From Candidatus Oxydemutatoraceae bacterium (GTDB taxonomy: Bacteria > Pseudomonadota > Gammaproteobacteria > Poriferisulfidales > Oxydemutatoraceae): a stretch of DNA of 64,000 nucleotides. Position numbers and translations under genes: made by a program. Below, one piece after another: positions 41,076-55,300 of this stretch (its first letter is position 1; every line of letters begins with the position of its first letter). The notes under the pieces are model-generated. The model made no database searches, had not been told where the DNA came from, and saw only the letters and a program-made list of their open reading frames with translations. The stretch lies in contig OZ244779.1 in the NCBI GenBank assembly GCA_965219575.1, positions 2,156,769-2,220,768 on the forward strand. Direction: 5' to 3'.

Positions 41076-42161
41076 TCAGCGACCACCGGGAATACTCGAG
41101 GCATCCAAAAATTTGTCGTAGAAAATCTGATCCTCGGACATATTATTTTCAACGAGCACCGCAATCGCGGCATCTATCATCGGTGGAGGACCACACAGAT
41201 ACGCTTGGCACCGACTTGCGTCCACCACACCTTTATCTATATACTCCTCTTTCAAGTGTTGGGTGACAAAACCACGCGGCCCGTCCCAGTCACTCTCTTC
41301 CGGTTCATCCGATAGTACTTCTACGAATTTGAAGGCTTTATCATTTGTCCAGTTTTCGCGAATCGTCTCCATATCCGATCTGCAATATAAGTCGCGCTGT
41401 GCGCGTGCGCCGAAAAAGAAGTATGCATCTCGCTTTATCTTGTTGTGCGCCGCATATTCCAAAATTGCTTTGAGCGCACTCATGCCGCTGCCACCGGCAA
41501 TGCAAATCATAGGTTTGTCGCTGTCTCGCAACCAAAAATTTCCGTACGGTACACCGATATTAAAGCGGGTACCCGTTTGGTCTCGTTCAAACAACCAATC
41601 GGTAAATTCTCCTCCCGGCACATGACGAACAAAGAACAATAATTCTCGAGGATCGCCCTGCTGCGGCGAGCTTGCAAAAGAATAGGATCTAGGCTTCTCT
41701 AAATTTTTATGCGATATTTCCGCATATTGTCCGGCCTTCATGTCGGCGGGCATATTTTCGTCGCAACTAATTAGCATTTCAACAATATCGTGTGTTAGAT
41801 TGCGTACTCGCTTCAGAGTGCCTTCACAATTAACAATGGCTGTGGTACTACTCTCTGTATCGAGTTCTACTTCTATTTCAACATCCGATTTTAGAGCGGT
41901 CTGACAAGCGAGTATCATTCCCGAATTCAGCTGATCCTGAGTCAACACATAAGAGAAATCGTTGAGCGGCCTGATTTTCCCCTTTTTGAGGTAGCAACGG
42001 CAGGTGCCACAACTCCCGACACGACAATCGTGCGGCCAAGCCAAGCCTGATGCCAAACCGGCCGCCAGCAGGTTTTCTTTAGGTTTTACGGTAACCGTTG
42101 CCGACCGATTAATCGTTGCTTTATGCTCTCTGCTCGGCTTAAATATATCAAATATAGACAT
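41076..42161 (-). CDS. 2Fe-2S ferredoxin:NAD(P)H reductase (XylA/phenol-hydroxylase-reductase-like)
   Basis: WPHDCRVGSCGTC...ILACQ, RSYSFAS, GGEFT, IAGGSG, YLCGPPPMIDA. Confidence 0.9.
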   Translation of the reverse strand: MSIFDIFKPSREHKATINRSATVTVKPKENLLAAGLASGLAWPHDCRVGSCGTCRCYLKKGKIRPLNDFSYVLTQDQLNSGMILACQTALKSDVEIEVELDTESSTTAIVNCEGTLKRVRNLTHDIVEMLISCDENMPADMKAGQYAEISHKNLEKPRSYSFASSPQQGDPRELLFFVRHVPGGEFTDWLFERDQTGTRFNIGVPYGNFWLRDSDKPMICIAGGSGMSALKAILEYAAHNKIKRDAYFFFGARAQRDLYCRSDMETIRENWTNDKAFKFVEVLSDEPEESDWDGPRGFVTQHLKEEYIDKGVVDASRCQAYLCGPPPMIDAAIAVLVENNMSEDQIFYDKFLDASSIPGGR

Positions 42162-42227
42162 AACACTATTTATAGCACATCGAGCAAAGTGCTTTATGAA
42201 TAGCAGTCTTAACCTTACTCGGATACT

Positions 42228-42890
42228 TCAAACGTTAATAGAAATATCTCTAAGGGTGCCGTTTTGCATATCCTCCGATGTCGGCACGGTGGTATACGGA
42301 ATGATATTTTCCTTACTCGTGCTCGGATGTTGCTTTACTTTGTTAAACCACTCCTGCACTTTACCGTGCTGCCCGACTAAATCACCGTGTCCTTTGATCA
42401 TTAGTGCGTTAATACAGGCAGACCAATGTACGTCGGCCATAGAAAAATCTCCACATATATAATCACCTTTTTTAGGTGGATTTGTGATTTGTATGTTCAA
42501 CTGACTTAAAGAATCACCTATCCCGGATGTATCGTCGGCTGCAATTTTAGGCTGAACTACGTTCGATGCAACACCGACCCACTGATACATAAGTGCCCTG
42601 ATAACACCGTTTCTAGGAACTAGCGAGGGACCGAAACCCTTATCGTCTAAATAAGAAAGTGCACAAGATGTACCGTATATAACAAAGTCTATGTCTTGTA
42701 GTATAGGAGAAACACCTAAAGGAGACAATGCTCGAATCTCGGAACTGTCCAGCCCCCCCCCGTCTATATCTATCACTTTAGCTTCTATATCAACTCCTTT
42801 CTCGGCTGCCATCTGCAAACACTTGGCAGTATCTATACACTTTGGATGACCATATAAAACCATACGGTTTCTTAATTGATCTCCAATCAT
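42228..42890 (-). CDS. Glutathione S-transferase family protein
   Basis: AEKGV, LSPLGVSPIL, YLDD..P.LVP, YICGDFSMADV. Confidence 0.8.
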   Translation of the reverse strand: MIGDQLRNRMVLYGHPKCIDTAKCLQMAAEKGVDIEAKVIDIDGGGLDSSEIRALSPLGVSPILQDIDFVIYGTSCALSYLDDKGFGPSLVPRNGVIRALMYQWVGVASNVVQPKIAADDTSGIGDSLSQLNIQITNPPKKGDYICGDFSMADVHWSACINALMIKGHGDLVGQHGKVQEWFNKVKQHPSTSKENIIPYTTVPTSEDMQNGTLRDISINV

Positions 42891-42915
42891 TATATACCTC
42901 CTTTTGAGTTAAAGT

Positions 42916-43095
42916 TTATTCTTCAACGGTCAAAGCACCCGAAGGGCACTTCGACACTTGATCTCGTATCGCCTCCTCACTTGCGCCAGATTCATCAATA
43001 ACGAATTTACCATCTTCTATCTTGAAAACAGACGGTAACCCGTTAACGCAATTTCCTGCATGTATACAGGTATTCTCATTCCACTTAACTTGCAT
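42916..43095 (-). CDS. Small divergent 4Fe-4S protein (YjdI/Fer4_19-like, 59 aa; absent from the ORF track)
   Basis: Manual translation MQVKWNENTCIHAGNCVNGLPSVFKIEDGKFVIDESGASEEAIRDQVSKCPSGALTVEE, with CIHxGxC and CPSGAL motifs and an AGGAG RBS. Confidence 0.87.
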   Translation of the reverse strand: MQVKWNENTCIHAGNCVNGLPSVFKIEDGKFVIDESGASEEAIRDQVSKCPSGALTVEE

Positions 43096-43269
43096 AATTA
43101 TCTCCTAATAAATTTTGGAAATCAAATACCCTTGGGGGGTATTACTCGTATGACCGTCTATTTTACCATAAACAGGCAGTTTCGGTTTTAGAAAGTGTTA
43201 ATACCGAAGGCACAAAAACCGAATACAAAAATAGCTATATATTCGTTATTTCTCGAGTATTCCTGCGGT

Positions 43270-43665
43270 CTACTCCTCGGGTCGAAAACGAAGTGCCACA
43301 GAATTGATACAATAACGCAGAGCCGTAGGTTGTGGGCCATCCTCGAATACATGGCCTAAGTGGGCATCGCAGATTGCACACAAAATTTCGACCCGTTTCA
43401 TGCCCAGCGAATAGTCCGCTCGGTGCTCTATTAACTCTTCATCTATCGGGGCATAAAAGCTGGGCCAACCACTACCCGAATCAAACTTAGTCTGTGATGA
43501 AAATATCGGCGTGTCGCAACAGACACAATGATAAATACCTTTGATTTGGTTGGCATAGTATTGTCCGCTAAACGGAGGTTCCGTACCCTTTCTCCGACAT
43601 ACGCGATACTGCTCGTCGTTAAGTTGTTTGCGCCATTCTTGATCACTTTTAATCAGCTTGTTCAT
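43270..43665 (-). CDS. msrB: Peptide-methionine (R)-S-oxide reductase
   Basis: [33 protein letters not shown]. Confidence 0.97.
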   Translation of the reverse strand: MNKLIKSDQEWRKQLNDEQYRVCRRKGTEPPFSGQYYANQIKGIYHCVCCDTPIFSSQTKFDSGSGWPSFYAPIDEELIEHRADYSLGMKRVEILCAICDAHLGHVFEDGPQPTALRYCINSVALRFRPEE

Positions 43666-43721
43666 AGCGTCAAACGTGATTTTATAGTTTTCCTTTGCAG
43701 TATACGATGCGAAATTACGAC

Positions 43722-45809
43722 TTAGACTGCTTTCATACTCAACCGGACGCGTCCTTGTTTGTCTATATCCAATACTTTGACGCTGACCTCGTCGCCTTCG
43801 TTTAGCTTATCTCTAACATTCTTGACATGCTCCTCGCAAATTTGAGAAACATGCAGTAAACCGTCCCTACCCGGTAAAATGGTTACGAAAGCACCGAAGT
43901 CCATAATACGTGCCACTTTGCCGTTATAGACTCGTCCTATTTCCACATCGGCAGTGAGTTCCTCGATGCGGCGCTTAGCTTCATTAGCCGACTCACCGTC
44001 CGGAGAAGCGATAACGACGGTTCCGTCGTCCTCTACATTAATAACGGTACCGGTCTCTTCGGTTAATGCACGAATTGTCGCGCCACCCTTGCCTATAATG
44101 TCGCGAATTTTATTCTGATTCACCTGTAAAGTTATTAGTTTGGGAGCATATTCCGAAAATTGGTTGGGACGATCGAGTGCTTCGTTCATCTTGGCAAGAA
44201 TATGCAGCCGCCCCTCTTTTGCTTGCTCTAAAGCAGCCTGCATAATCTCGGCGGTTACGCCTTCTATTTTTATATCCATTTGAAGTGCCGTAATACCTTT
44301 TTCGGTACCTGCTACTTTGAAATCCATATCACCGAAATGATCTTCGTCTCCCATGATGTCGCTCAATACCGCATAACGATCGCCTTGTAATATCAATCCC
44401 ATCGCAATACCGCTCACATGCGATTTGATCGGCACACCGGCATCCATTAGTGCCAGACTGGTGCCACAAACCGAGGCCATAGAACTGGAGCCGTTGGACT
44501 CGGTTATTTCAGAAACCACGCGTATCACATAAGGAAATTCGCTCTCGTCCGGCATCACCGCCAGCAAACCTCGCTTTGCCAAGCGACCATGCCCTATTTC
44601 ACGGCGCTTAGGAGAGCCCATAAACCCGACTTCGCCTACACAATACGAAGGAAAATTATAATGTAGCATAAAGCGATCTTTATATTCTTTTTCTATGCCG
44701 TCGATAATCTGAGCATCTCTGTCGGTTCCCAGTGTTGCGGTAACTATAGCCTGGGTTTCACCTCTGGTAAATAAAGCGTCTCCGTGCACTCTTGGTAATT
44801 GTCCGATCTCGATAGCGATAGGCCTAACCGTACGCGTATCACGACCATCTATACGCGGTTCCCCGTTGATGATTTTATTTCGGACAATCTTTTTCTCCAG
44901 TGTAGAAAACGCACTGAGTATCTGCATTTCTCGGCTTTCCTTGTCTTCGTCTTCGCTATTCTCCGTCGTTAATAGGCTTAGTGCTTTATCGCGTAGTGAG
45001 CCAACCGCTGTCTGACGTTCAATTTTATCCGAGATGGCGTAAGCGTTGCGCAACTCGGGACCCAAATGTGATTTCAATTCCTCACTTATTTCATCAAGAT
45101 TTGCCGTAGGTTGCCACTCCCATTTCGGCTTGGCAACTTCATCCGCCATCTCTTTAATTGCATTAATCGCCGGTTGCATTTGTTCGTGTCCGAAAGTCAC
45201 CGCCCCCAACATCTGCTCTTCGCTCAATTCTTCGGCTTGCGATTCAACCATAAGCACTGCCTTATCGGTGCCTGCCACAACTAAATCTAAATTCGAAGCA
45301 TTTAATTGGTCCAAAGTAGGGTTGAGCAAATAATTCCCATCTTGAAAACCTATACGAGCTGCTCCGATAGGTCCGTTAAACGGTATACCCGAAATAGAAA
45401 GTGCGGCGGATGCCGCCAATAAAGCAGGTATATCGGCATCAACTTTAGGATTTAACGATAAAACCGTTGCAACAACTTGTACCTCGTCCGAGAAGCCTCC
45501 CGGAAATAGGGGGCGTATAGGCCTGTCTATCAATCTGGATATTAAGGTTTCTTTCTCCGACGGGCGTCCTTCTCGCTTAAAAAACCCTCCCGGTATTTTA
45601 CCTGCGGCATAGGTTCGCTCCTGATAATGAACGGAAAGTGGTAAAAAATCTCTATAAACGGAGGTTTCGCGTTTGCTGACCACACTCGCTAGAACAACCG
45701 TATCTTCGATATTAACCAGCACCGCACTGTCGGCTTGTCGAGCAATCCTGCCGGTTTCCAATGAAACCGTATAGCTACCATATTGGAAGGTTTTCCTAAC
45801 TACGGGCAT
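43722..45809 (-). CDS. pnp: Polyribonucleotide nucleotidyltransferase
   Basis: [43 protein letters not shown]; KH and S1 domains. Confidence 0.98.
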   Translation of the reverse strand: MPVVRKTFQYGSYTVSLETGRIARQADSAVLVNIEDTVVLASVVSKRETSVYRDFLPLSVHYQERTYAAGKIPGGFFKREGRPSEKETLISRLIDRPIRPLFPGGFSDEVQVVATVLSLNPKVDADIPALLAASAALSISGIPFNGPIGAARIGFQDGNYLLNPTLDQLNASNLDLVVAGTDKAVLMVESQAEELSEEQMLGAVTFGHEQMQPAINAIKEMADEVAKPKWEWQPTANLDEISEELKSHLGPELRNAYAISDKIERQTAVGSLRDKALSLLTTENSEDEDKESREMQILSAFSTLEKKIVRNKIINGEPRIDGRDTRTVRPIAIEIGQLPRVHGDALFTRGETQAIVTATLGTDRDAQIIDGIEKEYKDRFMLHYNFPSYCVGEVGFMGSPKRREIGHGRLAKRGLLAVMPDESEFPYVIRVVSEITESNGSSSMASVCGTSLALMDAGVPIKSHVSGIAMGLILQGDRYAVLSDIMGDEDHFGDMDFKVAGTEKGITALQMDIKIEGVTAEIMQAALEQAKEGRLHILAKMNEALDRPNQFSEYAPKLITLQVNQNKIRDIIGKGGATIRALTEETGTVINVEDDGTVVIASPDGESANEAKRRIEELTADVEIGRVYNGKVARIMDFGAFVTILPGRDGLLHVSQICEEHVKNVRDKLNEGDEVSVKVLDIDKQGRVRLSMKAV

Positions 45810-45836
45810 ATTCTCTCTTGTCCGATTAAACGCGCT

Positions 45837-46106
45837 TTAACGACGTAGTCCCAGAGAAGATATTAGAACTTGGTAACGATCTTTATCTTTGGATTTTAAG
45901 TAATCAAGAAGCTGGCGACGCGAGTTCACCATTTTAAGTAAGCCTCTTCTAGAGTGTGTGTCTTTCTTATGCTCGGCGAAATGATTTTGAAGGCCGTTGA
46001 TACGCTCCGTCAACAAGGCAACTTGAACTTCAACCGAACCGGTATCTTTTTCTGAACGAGCATATTCCTTAACTACTCTGATTTTCTCTTCTTTATTTAA
46101 GGGCAT
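45837..46106 (-). CDS. rpsO: 30S ribosomal protein S15
   Basis: [29 protein letters not shown]; upstream of pnp. Confidence 0.97.
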   Translation of the reverse strand: MPLNKEEKIRVVKEYARSEKDTGSVEVQVALLTERINGLQNHFAEHKKDTHSRRGLLKMVNSRRQLLDYLKSKDKDRYQVLISSLGLRR

Positions 46107-46270
46107 TGTTCCGTGTGTCTCTATTTAATAATGAAGCATTATAACATAAAAGCCGAATGACTAGGCATAATGTTAGATACCAATACCGAATACACTCTTG
46201 GTATGGCAGTAGGATACCGGTTCAAAATAGAAACGATGTTATTCGTTGTTGAGATTGTTCAAAGATGACA

Positions 46271-46295
46271 AGGGGCAGATTATATCTCTGCCCCT
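46271..46295 (-). terminator. Hairpin directly after the giant gene (terminator or REP-like)
   Basis: AGGGGCAGA-N7-TCTGCCCCT, 9 bp after the stop; weak U-tract. Confidence 0.5.
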
Positions 46296-46304
46296 ATTCT
46301 ACGA

Positions 46305-49300
46305 TTATTGCAGAGGCCCTTCGAGGAATACCTTGATACGCAGACGAATGCCGGCACTTCCACGCTCAACGGCTATGGTATAGGTTTCACTATCATCGCC
46401 GTTTTCTGCGGTAACTACTATAGTTATTGTCGTAGTCTCGCCTTCAGCTAATGGAATATCGTCATCTAGGTTCGCTTCTCCCTCGTCTACACGAACTTCT
46501 ATGGTTGCATTACTATCGCTCAATACAGCCGATACCGTTGTCGCATCTATATCGTTATCGACCATCACATTGTAGTTAAAGGTGCCGCTGTCAAAGGCAA
46601 ACGGAATGTCTCTTAACGACAGACTGCTCAATGTCGCAATGTTGTTCCCCTCTCGTGTAATCGCTATGACATATGTCTGCGATGCGATGCCGTTTTCTGC
46701 TATCACTTTAACCGCAATCTCGGTATCGCCTACGCGTAATCCAATATCGTCATCTAGGTTCTCTACCAAATCTCCTTCGTCTACACGAACTTCTATGGTT
46801 GCATCACTATCGGTCAACACAGCAGATACCGTTGTCGCATCTATATCGTTAGCAACGGTCACATCGTAGTTAAAGTCACCACTGTCAAAGGCAAGCGGAA
46901 TGTCTCTTAACGACAAACTGTTTAATGTCGCAACATCGCTCGCTTCTCGTGTAATCGCTATGACATATGTCTGCGATGCGATGCCGTCTTCTGCTATCAC
47001 TTTAACCGCAATCTCGGTATCGCCTACGGGTAATCCAATATCGGCATCTAGGTTTTCTACCAAATCTCCTTCGTCTACACGAACTTCTATGGTTGCATCA
47101 CTATCGGTCAACACAGCAGATACCGTTGTCGCATCTATATCGTTAGCAACGGTCACATCGTAGTTAAAGTCACTACTGTCAAAGGCAAGCGGAATGTCTC
47201 TTAACGACAAACTGTCTAATGTCGCAACATCGTTCGCTTCCCGTGTAATCGCTATGACATACGTCTGCGATGCGATGTTGTTTGCTGCTATCACTTTAAC
47301 CGCAATCTCGGTATCGCCTACGGGTAATCCAATATCGGCATCTAGGCTATCTACCAAATCTCCTTCGTCTATACGAACTTCTATGGTTGCATTATCATCG
47401 GTCAACACAGCAGATACCGTTGTCGCATCTATATCGTTAGCAACGGTCACATCGTAGTTAAGCTGAGCACTTATAAACTCAAACGGAATGTCTCTTAACG
47501 ACAAACTGCTCAATGTCGCATCTGCCCCCGGTAATGCCTCGCGTCTTACAGTTATCCTATAAGTTTCCATTGTCTCACCATCTTCGGCAGTCACTAAAAT
47601 CTCAATTCTATTGCTACCTACTCCTAATGCAACTCTGCCATTTTCCACCGGTGAAGCGTTAGCTGTAATGCTTGTGACACTTGCATTAGGATCACTTAGC
47701 ATAGTTGTCACCGTTGTCGCATCTATATCGTTATCGACCATCACATTGTAGTCAAAATCATTACTGTCAAAGGCAAGCGGAATGTCTCTTAACGATAAAC
47801 TGCTCAATGTCGCAACATCGTTTCCTTCTCGTGTAATCGCTATGACATACGTCTGCGATGCGATGCCGTCTTCTGCTATCACTTTAACCGCAATCTCGGT
47901 ATCGCCTACGGGTAATTCAATATCGGCATCTAGGTTCTCTACCAAATCTCCTTCGTCTACACGAACTTCTATGGTTGCATCACTATCGGTCAACACAGCA
48001 GATACCGTTGTCGCATCTATATCGTTAGCAACGGTCACATCGTAGTTAAAGTCACCACTATCAAAGGCAAGCGGAATGTCTCTTAACGATAAACTGCTCA
48101 ATGTCGCAACATCGCTCGCTTCCCGTGTAATCGCTATGACATACGTCTGCGATGCGATGCCGTCTTCTGCTATCACTTTAACCGCAATCTCGGTATCGCC
48201 TACGGGTAATTCAATATCGGCATCTAGGTTCTCTACCAAATCTCCTTCGTCTACACGAACTTCTATGGTTGCATCACTATCGGTCAATACAGCAGATACC
48301 GTTGTCGCATCTATATCGTTAGCAACGGTCACATCGTAGTTAAAGTCACCACTGTCAAAGGCAAGCGGAATATCTCTTAACGACAGACTGTTTAATGTCG
48401 CAACATCGTTCGCTTCCCGTGTAATCGCTATGACATACGTCTGCGATGCGATGCCGTCTTCTGCTATCACTTTAACCGCAATCTCGGTATCGCCTACGGG
48501 TAATCCAATATCGGCATCTAGGTTCTCTACCAAATCTCCTTCGTCTACACGAACTTCTATGGTTGCATCACTATCGGTCAACACAGCAGATACCGTTGTC
48601 GCATCTATATCGTTAGCAACGGTCACATCGTAGTTAAAGTCACCACTGTCAAAGGCAAGCGGAATGTCTCTTAACGACAGACTGTTTAATGTCGCAACAT
48701 CGCTCGCTTCTCGTGTAATCGCTATGACATACGTCTGCGATGCGATGCCGTTTGCTGCTATCACTTTAACCGCAATCTCGGTATCGCCTACGGGTAATTC
48801 AATATCGGCATCTAGGTTCTCTACCAAATCTCCTTCGTCTACACGAACTTCTATGGTTGCCTCATCATCGGTCAACACAGCAGATACCGTTGTCGCATCT
48901 ATATCGTTAGCAACGGTCACATCGTAGTTAAAGTCACCACTGTCAAAGGCAAGCGGAATGTCTCTTAACGATAAACTGCTCAATGTCGCAACATCGCTCG
49001 CTTCCCGTGTAATCGCTATGACATATGTCTGCGATGCGATGCCGTCTTCTGCTATCACTTTAACCGCAATCTCGGTATCGCCTACGGGTAATCCAATATC
49101 GGCATCTAGGTTCTCTACCAAATCTCCTTCGTCTACACGAACTTCTATGGTTGCATTATCATCGGTCAACACAGCAGATACCGTTGTCGCATCTATATCG
49201 TTAGCAACGGTCACATCGTAGTTAAGCTGAGCACTTATAAACTCAAACGGAATGTCTCTTAACGACAAACTGCTCAATGTCGCATCTGCCCCCGGTAATG

Positions 49301-52300
49301 CCTCGCGTCTTACAGTTATCCTATAAGTTTCCATTGTCTCACCATCTTCGGCAGTCACTAAAATCTCAATTCTATTGCTACCTACTCCTAATGCAACTCT
49401 GCCATTTTCCACCGGTGAACCGTTAGCTGTAATGCTTGTGACACTTGCATTAGGATCACTTAGCATAGTTGTCACCGTTGTCGCATCTATATCGTTATCG
49501 ACCATCACATTGTAGTCAAAATCATTACTGTCAAAGGCAAGCGGAATGTCTCTTAACGATAAACTGCTCAATGTCGCAACATCGTTTCCTTCTCGTGTAA
49601 TCGCTATGACATACGTCTGCGATGCGATGCCGTCTTCTGCTATCACTTTAACCGCAATCTCGGTATCGCCTACGGGTAATTCAATATCGGCATCTAGGTT
49701 CTCTACCAAATCTCCTTCGTCTACACGAACTTCTATGGTTGCATCACTATCGGTCAACACAGCAGATACCGTTGTCGCATCTATATCGTTAGCAACGGTC
49801 ACATCGTAGTTAAAGTCACCACTATCAAAGGCAAGCGGAATGTCTCTTAACGATAAACTGCTCAATGTCGCAACATCGCTCGCTTCCCGTGTAATCGCTA
49901 TGACATACGTCTGCGATGCGATGCCGTTTTCTGCTATCACTTTAACCGCAATCTCGGTATCGCCTACGGGTAATTCAATATCGGCATCTAGGTTCTCTAC
50001 CAAATCTCCTTCGTCTACACGAACTTCTATGGTTGCATCACTATCGGTCAACACAGCAGATACCGTTGTCGCATCTATATCGTTAGCAACGGTCACATCG
50101 TAGTTAAAGTCACCACTGTCAAAGGCAAGCGGAATGTCTCTTAACGACAAACTGTTTAATGTCGCAACATCGCTCGCTTCTCGTGTAATCGCTATGACAT
50201 ATGTCTGCGATGCGATGCCGTCTTCTGCTGTCACTTTAACCGCAATCTCGGTATCGCCTACGGGTAATTCAATATCGGCATCTAGGTTCTCTACCAAATC
50301 TCCTTCGTCTACACGAACTTCTATGGTTGCATCACTATCGGTCAACACAGCAGATACCGTTGTCGCATCTATATCGTTAGCAACGGTCACATCGTAGTTA
50401 AAGTCACCACTGTCAAAGGCAAGCGGAATGTCTCTTAACGACAAACTGTTTAATGTCGCAACATCGCTCGCTTCTCGTGTAATCGCTATGACATATGTCT
50501 GCGATGCGATGCCGTCTTCTGCTATCACTTTAACCGCAATCTCGGTATCGCCTACGGGTAATCCAATATCGGCATCTAGGTTTTCTACCAAATCTCCTTC
50601 GTCTACACGAACTTCTATGGTTGCATCACTATCGGTCAACACAGCAGATACCGTTGTCGCATCTATATCGTTAGCAACGGTCACATCGTAGTTAAAGTCA
50701 CCACTGTCAAAGGCAAGCGGAATGTCTCTTAACGATAAACTGCTCAATGTCGCAACATCGTTCGCTTCCCGTGTAATCGCTATGTTATACGTCTGCGATG
50801 CGATGCCGTCTTCTGCTATCACTTTAACCGCAATCTCGGTATCGCCTACGGGTAATCCAATATCGGCATCTAGGTTCTCTACCAAATCTCCTTCGTCTAC
50901 ACGAACTTCTATGGTTGCATCACTATCGGTCAACACAGCAGATACCGTTGTCGCATCTATATCGTTAGCAACGGTCACATCGTAGTTAAAGTCACCACTG
51001 TCAAAGGCAAGCGGAATATCTCTTAACGACAAACTGTCTAATGTCGCAACATCGCTCGCTTCCCGTGTAATCGCTATGACATACGTCTGCGATGCGATGT
51101 TGTTTGCTGCTATCACTTTAACCGCAATCTCGGTATCGCCTACGGGTAATCCAATATCGGCATCTAGGCTATCTACCAAATCTCCTTCGTCTACACGAAC
51201 TTCTATGGTTGCATTATCATCGGTCAACACAGCAGATACCGTTGTCGCATCTATATCGTTAGCAACGGTCACATCGTAGTTAAGCTGAGCACTTATAAAC
51301 TCAAACGGAATGTCTCTTAACGACAAACTGCTCAATGTCGCATCTGCCCCCGGTAATGCCTCGCGTCTTACAGTTATCCTATAAGTTTCCATTGTCTCAC
51401 CATCTTCGGCAGTCACTAAAATCTCAATTCTATTGCTACCTACTCCTAATGCAACTCTGCCATTTTCCACCGGTGAACCGTTAGCTGTAATGCTTGTGAC
51501 ACTTGCATTAGGATCACTTAGCATAGTTGTCACCGTTGTCGCATCTATATCGTTATCGACCATCACATTGTAGTCAAAATCATTACTGTCAAAGGCAAGC
51601 GGAATGTCTCTTAACGATAAACTGCTCAATGTCGCAACATCGTTTCCTTCTCGTGTAATCGCTATGACATACGTCTGCGATGCGATGCCGTTTTCTGCTA
51701 TCACTTTAACCGCAATCTCGGTATCGCCTACGGGTAATTCAATATCGGCATCTAGGTTCTCTACCAAATCTCCTTCGTCTACACGAACTTCTATGGTTGC
51801 ATCACTATCGGTCAACACAGCAGATACCGTTGTCGCATCTATATCGTTAGCAACGGTCACATCGTAGTTAAAGTCACCACTGTCAAAGGCAAGCGGAATG
51901 TCTCTTAACGATAAACTGCTCAATGTCGCAACATCGCTCGCTTCCCGTGTAATCGCTATGACATACGTCTGCGATGCGATGCCGTCTTCTGCTATCACTT
52001 TAACCGCAATCTCGGTATCGCCTACGGGTAATTCAATATCGGCATCTAGGTTCTCTACCAAATCTCCTTCGTCTACACGAACTTCTATGGTTGCATCACT
52101 ATCGGTCAACACAGCAGATACCGTTGTCGCATCTATATCGTTAGCAACGGTCACATCGTAGTTAAAGTCACCACTGTCAAAGGCAAGCGGAATGTCTCTT
52201 AACGACAAACTGTTTAATGTCGCAACATCGCTCGCTTCTCGTGTAATCGCTATGACATATGTCTGCGATGCGATGCCGTCTTCTGCTATCACTTTAACCG

Positions 52301-55300
52301 CAATCTCGGTATCGCCTACGGGTAATCCAATATCGGCATCTAGGTTTTCTACCAAATCTCCTTCGTCTACACGAACTTCTATGGTTGCATCACTATCGGT
52401 CAACACAGCAGATACCGTTGTCGCATCTATATCGTTAGCAACGGTCACATCGTAGTTAAAGTCACCACTGTCAAAGGCAAGCGGAATGTCTCTTAACGAC
52501 AAACTGTTTAATGTCGCAACATCGCTCGCTTCTCGTGTAATCGCTATGACATATGTCTGCGATGCGATGCCGTCTTCTGCTATCACTTTAACCGCAATCT
52601 CGGTATCGCCTACGGGTAATCCAATATCGGCATCTAGGTTCTCTACCAAATCTCCTTCGTCTACACGAACTTCTATGGTTGCATCACTATCGGTCAACAC
52701 AGCAGATACCGTTGTCGCATCTATATCGTTAGCAACGGTCACATCGTAGTTAAAGTCACCACTGTCAAAGGCAAGCGGAATGTCTCTTAACGATAAACTG
52801 CTCAATGTCGCAACATCGTTCGCTTCCCGTGTAATCGCTATGTTATACGTCTGCGATGCGATGCCGTCTTCTGCTATCACTTTAACCGCAATCTCGGTAT
52901 CGCCTACGGGTAATCCAATATCGGCATCTAGGTTCTCTACCAAATCTCCTTCGTCTACACGAACTTCTATGGTTGCATTATCATCGGTCAACACAGCAGA
53001 TACCGTTGTCGCATCTATATCGTTAGCAACGGTCACATCGTAGTTAAAGTCACCACTGTCAAAGGCAAGCGGAATATCTCTTAACGACAAACTGTCTAAT
53101 GTCGCAACATCGTTCGCTTCCCGTGTAATCGCTATGACATACGTCTGCGATGCGATGTTGTTTGCTGCTATCACTTTAACCGCAATCTCGGTATCGCCTA
53201 CGGGTAATCCAATATCGGCATCTAGGCTATCTACCAAATCTCCTTCGTCTACACGAACTTCTATGGTTGCATTATCATCGGTCAACACAGCAGATACCGT
53301 TGTCGCATCTATATCGTTAGCAACGGTCACATCGTAGTTAAGCTGAGCACTTATAAACTCAAACGGAATGTCTCTTAACGACAAACTGCTCAATGTCGCA
53401 TCTGCCCCCGGTAATGCCTCGCGTCTTACAGTTATCCTATAAGTTTCCATTGTCTCACCATCTTCGGCAGTCACTAAAATCTCAATTCTATTGCTACCTA
53501 CTCCTAATGCAACTCTGCCATTTTCCACCGGTGAACCGTTAGCTGTAATGCTTGTGACACTTGCATTAGGATCACTTAGCATAGTTGTCACCGTTGTCGC
53601 ATCTATATCGTTATCGACCATCACATTGTAGTCAAAATCATTACTGTCAAAGGCAAGCGGAATGTCTCTTAACGATAAACTGCTCAATGTCGCAACATCG
53701 TTTCCTTCTCGTGTAATCGCTATGACATACGTCTGCGATGCGATGCCGTCTTCTGCTATCACTTTAACCGCAATCTCGGTATCGCCTACGGGTAATTCAA
53801 TATCGGCATCTAGGTTCTCTACCAAATCTCCTTCGTCTACACGAACTTCTATGGTTGCATCACTATCGGTCAACACAGCAGATACCGTTGTCGCATCTAT
53901 ATCGTTAGCAACGGTCACATCGTAGTTAAAGTCACCACTGTCAAAGGCAAGCGGAATGTCTCTTAACGACAAACTGTTTAATGTCGCAACATCGCTCGCT
54001 TCTCGTGTAATCGCTATGACATATGTCTGCGATGCGATGCCGTCTTCTGCTATCACTTTAACCGCAATCTCGGTATCGCCTACGGGTAATTCAATATCGG
54101 CATCTAGGTTCTCTACCAAATCTCCTTCGTCTACACGAACTTCTATGGTTGCATCACTATCGGTCAACACAGCAGATACCGTTGTCGCATCTATATCGTT
54201 AGCAACGGTCACATCGTAGTTAAAGTCACCACTGTCAAAGGCAAGCGGAATGTCTCTTAACGACAAACTGTTTAATGTCGCAACATCGCTCGCTTCTCGT
54301 GTAATCGCTATGACATATGTCTGCGATGCGATGCCGTCTTCTGCTATCACTTTAACCGCAATCTCGGTATCGCCTACGGGTAATCCAATATCGGCATCTA
54401 GGTTCTCTACCAAATCTCCTTCGTCTACACGAACTTCTATGGTTGCATCACTATCGGTCAACACAGCAGATACCGTTGTCGCATCTATATCGTTAGCAAC
54501 GGTCACATCGTAGTTAAAGTCACCACTGTCAAAGGCAAGCGGAATGTCTCTTAACGATAAACTGCTCAATGTCGCAACATCGTTCGCTTCCCGTGTAATC
54601 GCTATGTTATACGTCTGCGATGCGATGCCGTCTTCTGCTATCACTTTAACCGCAATCTCGGTATCGCCTACGGGTAATCCAATATCGGCATCTAGGTTCT
54701 CTACCAAATCTCCTTCGTCTACACGAACTTCTATGGTTGCATCACTATCGGTCAACACAGCAGATACCGTTGTCGCATCTATATCGTTAGCAACGGTCAC
54801 ATCGTAGTTAAAGTCACCACTGTCAAAGGCAAGCGGAATGTCTCTTAACGACAAACTGTTTAATGTCGCAACATCGCTCGCTTCTCGTGTAATCGCTATG
54901 ACATATGTCTGCGATGCGATGCCGTCTTCTGCTATCACTTTAACCGCAATCTCGGTATCGCCTACGGGTAATCCAATATCGGCATCTAGGTTTTCTACCA
55001 AATCTCCTTCGTCTACACGAACTTCTATGGTTGCATCACTATCGGTCAACACAGCAGATACCGTTGTCGCATCTATATCGTTAGCAACGGTCACATCGTA
55101 GTTAAAGTCACTACTGTCAAAGGCAAGCGGAATGTCTCTTAACGACAAACTGTCTAATGTCGCAACATCGTTCGCTTCCCGTGTAATCGCTATGACATAC
55201 GTCTGCGATGCGATGTTGTTTGCTGCTATCACTTTAACCGCAATCTCGGTATCGCCTACGGGTAATCCAATATCGGCATCTAGGCTATCTACCAAATCTC

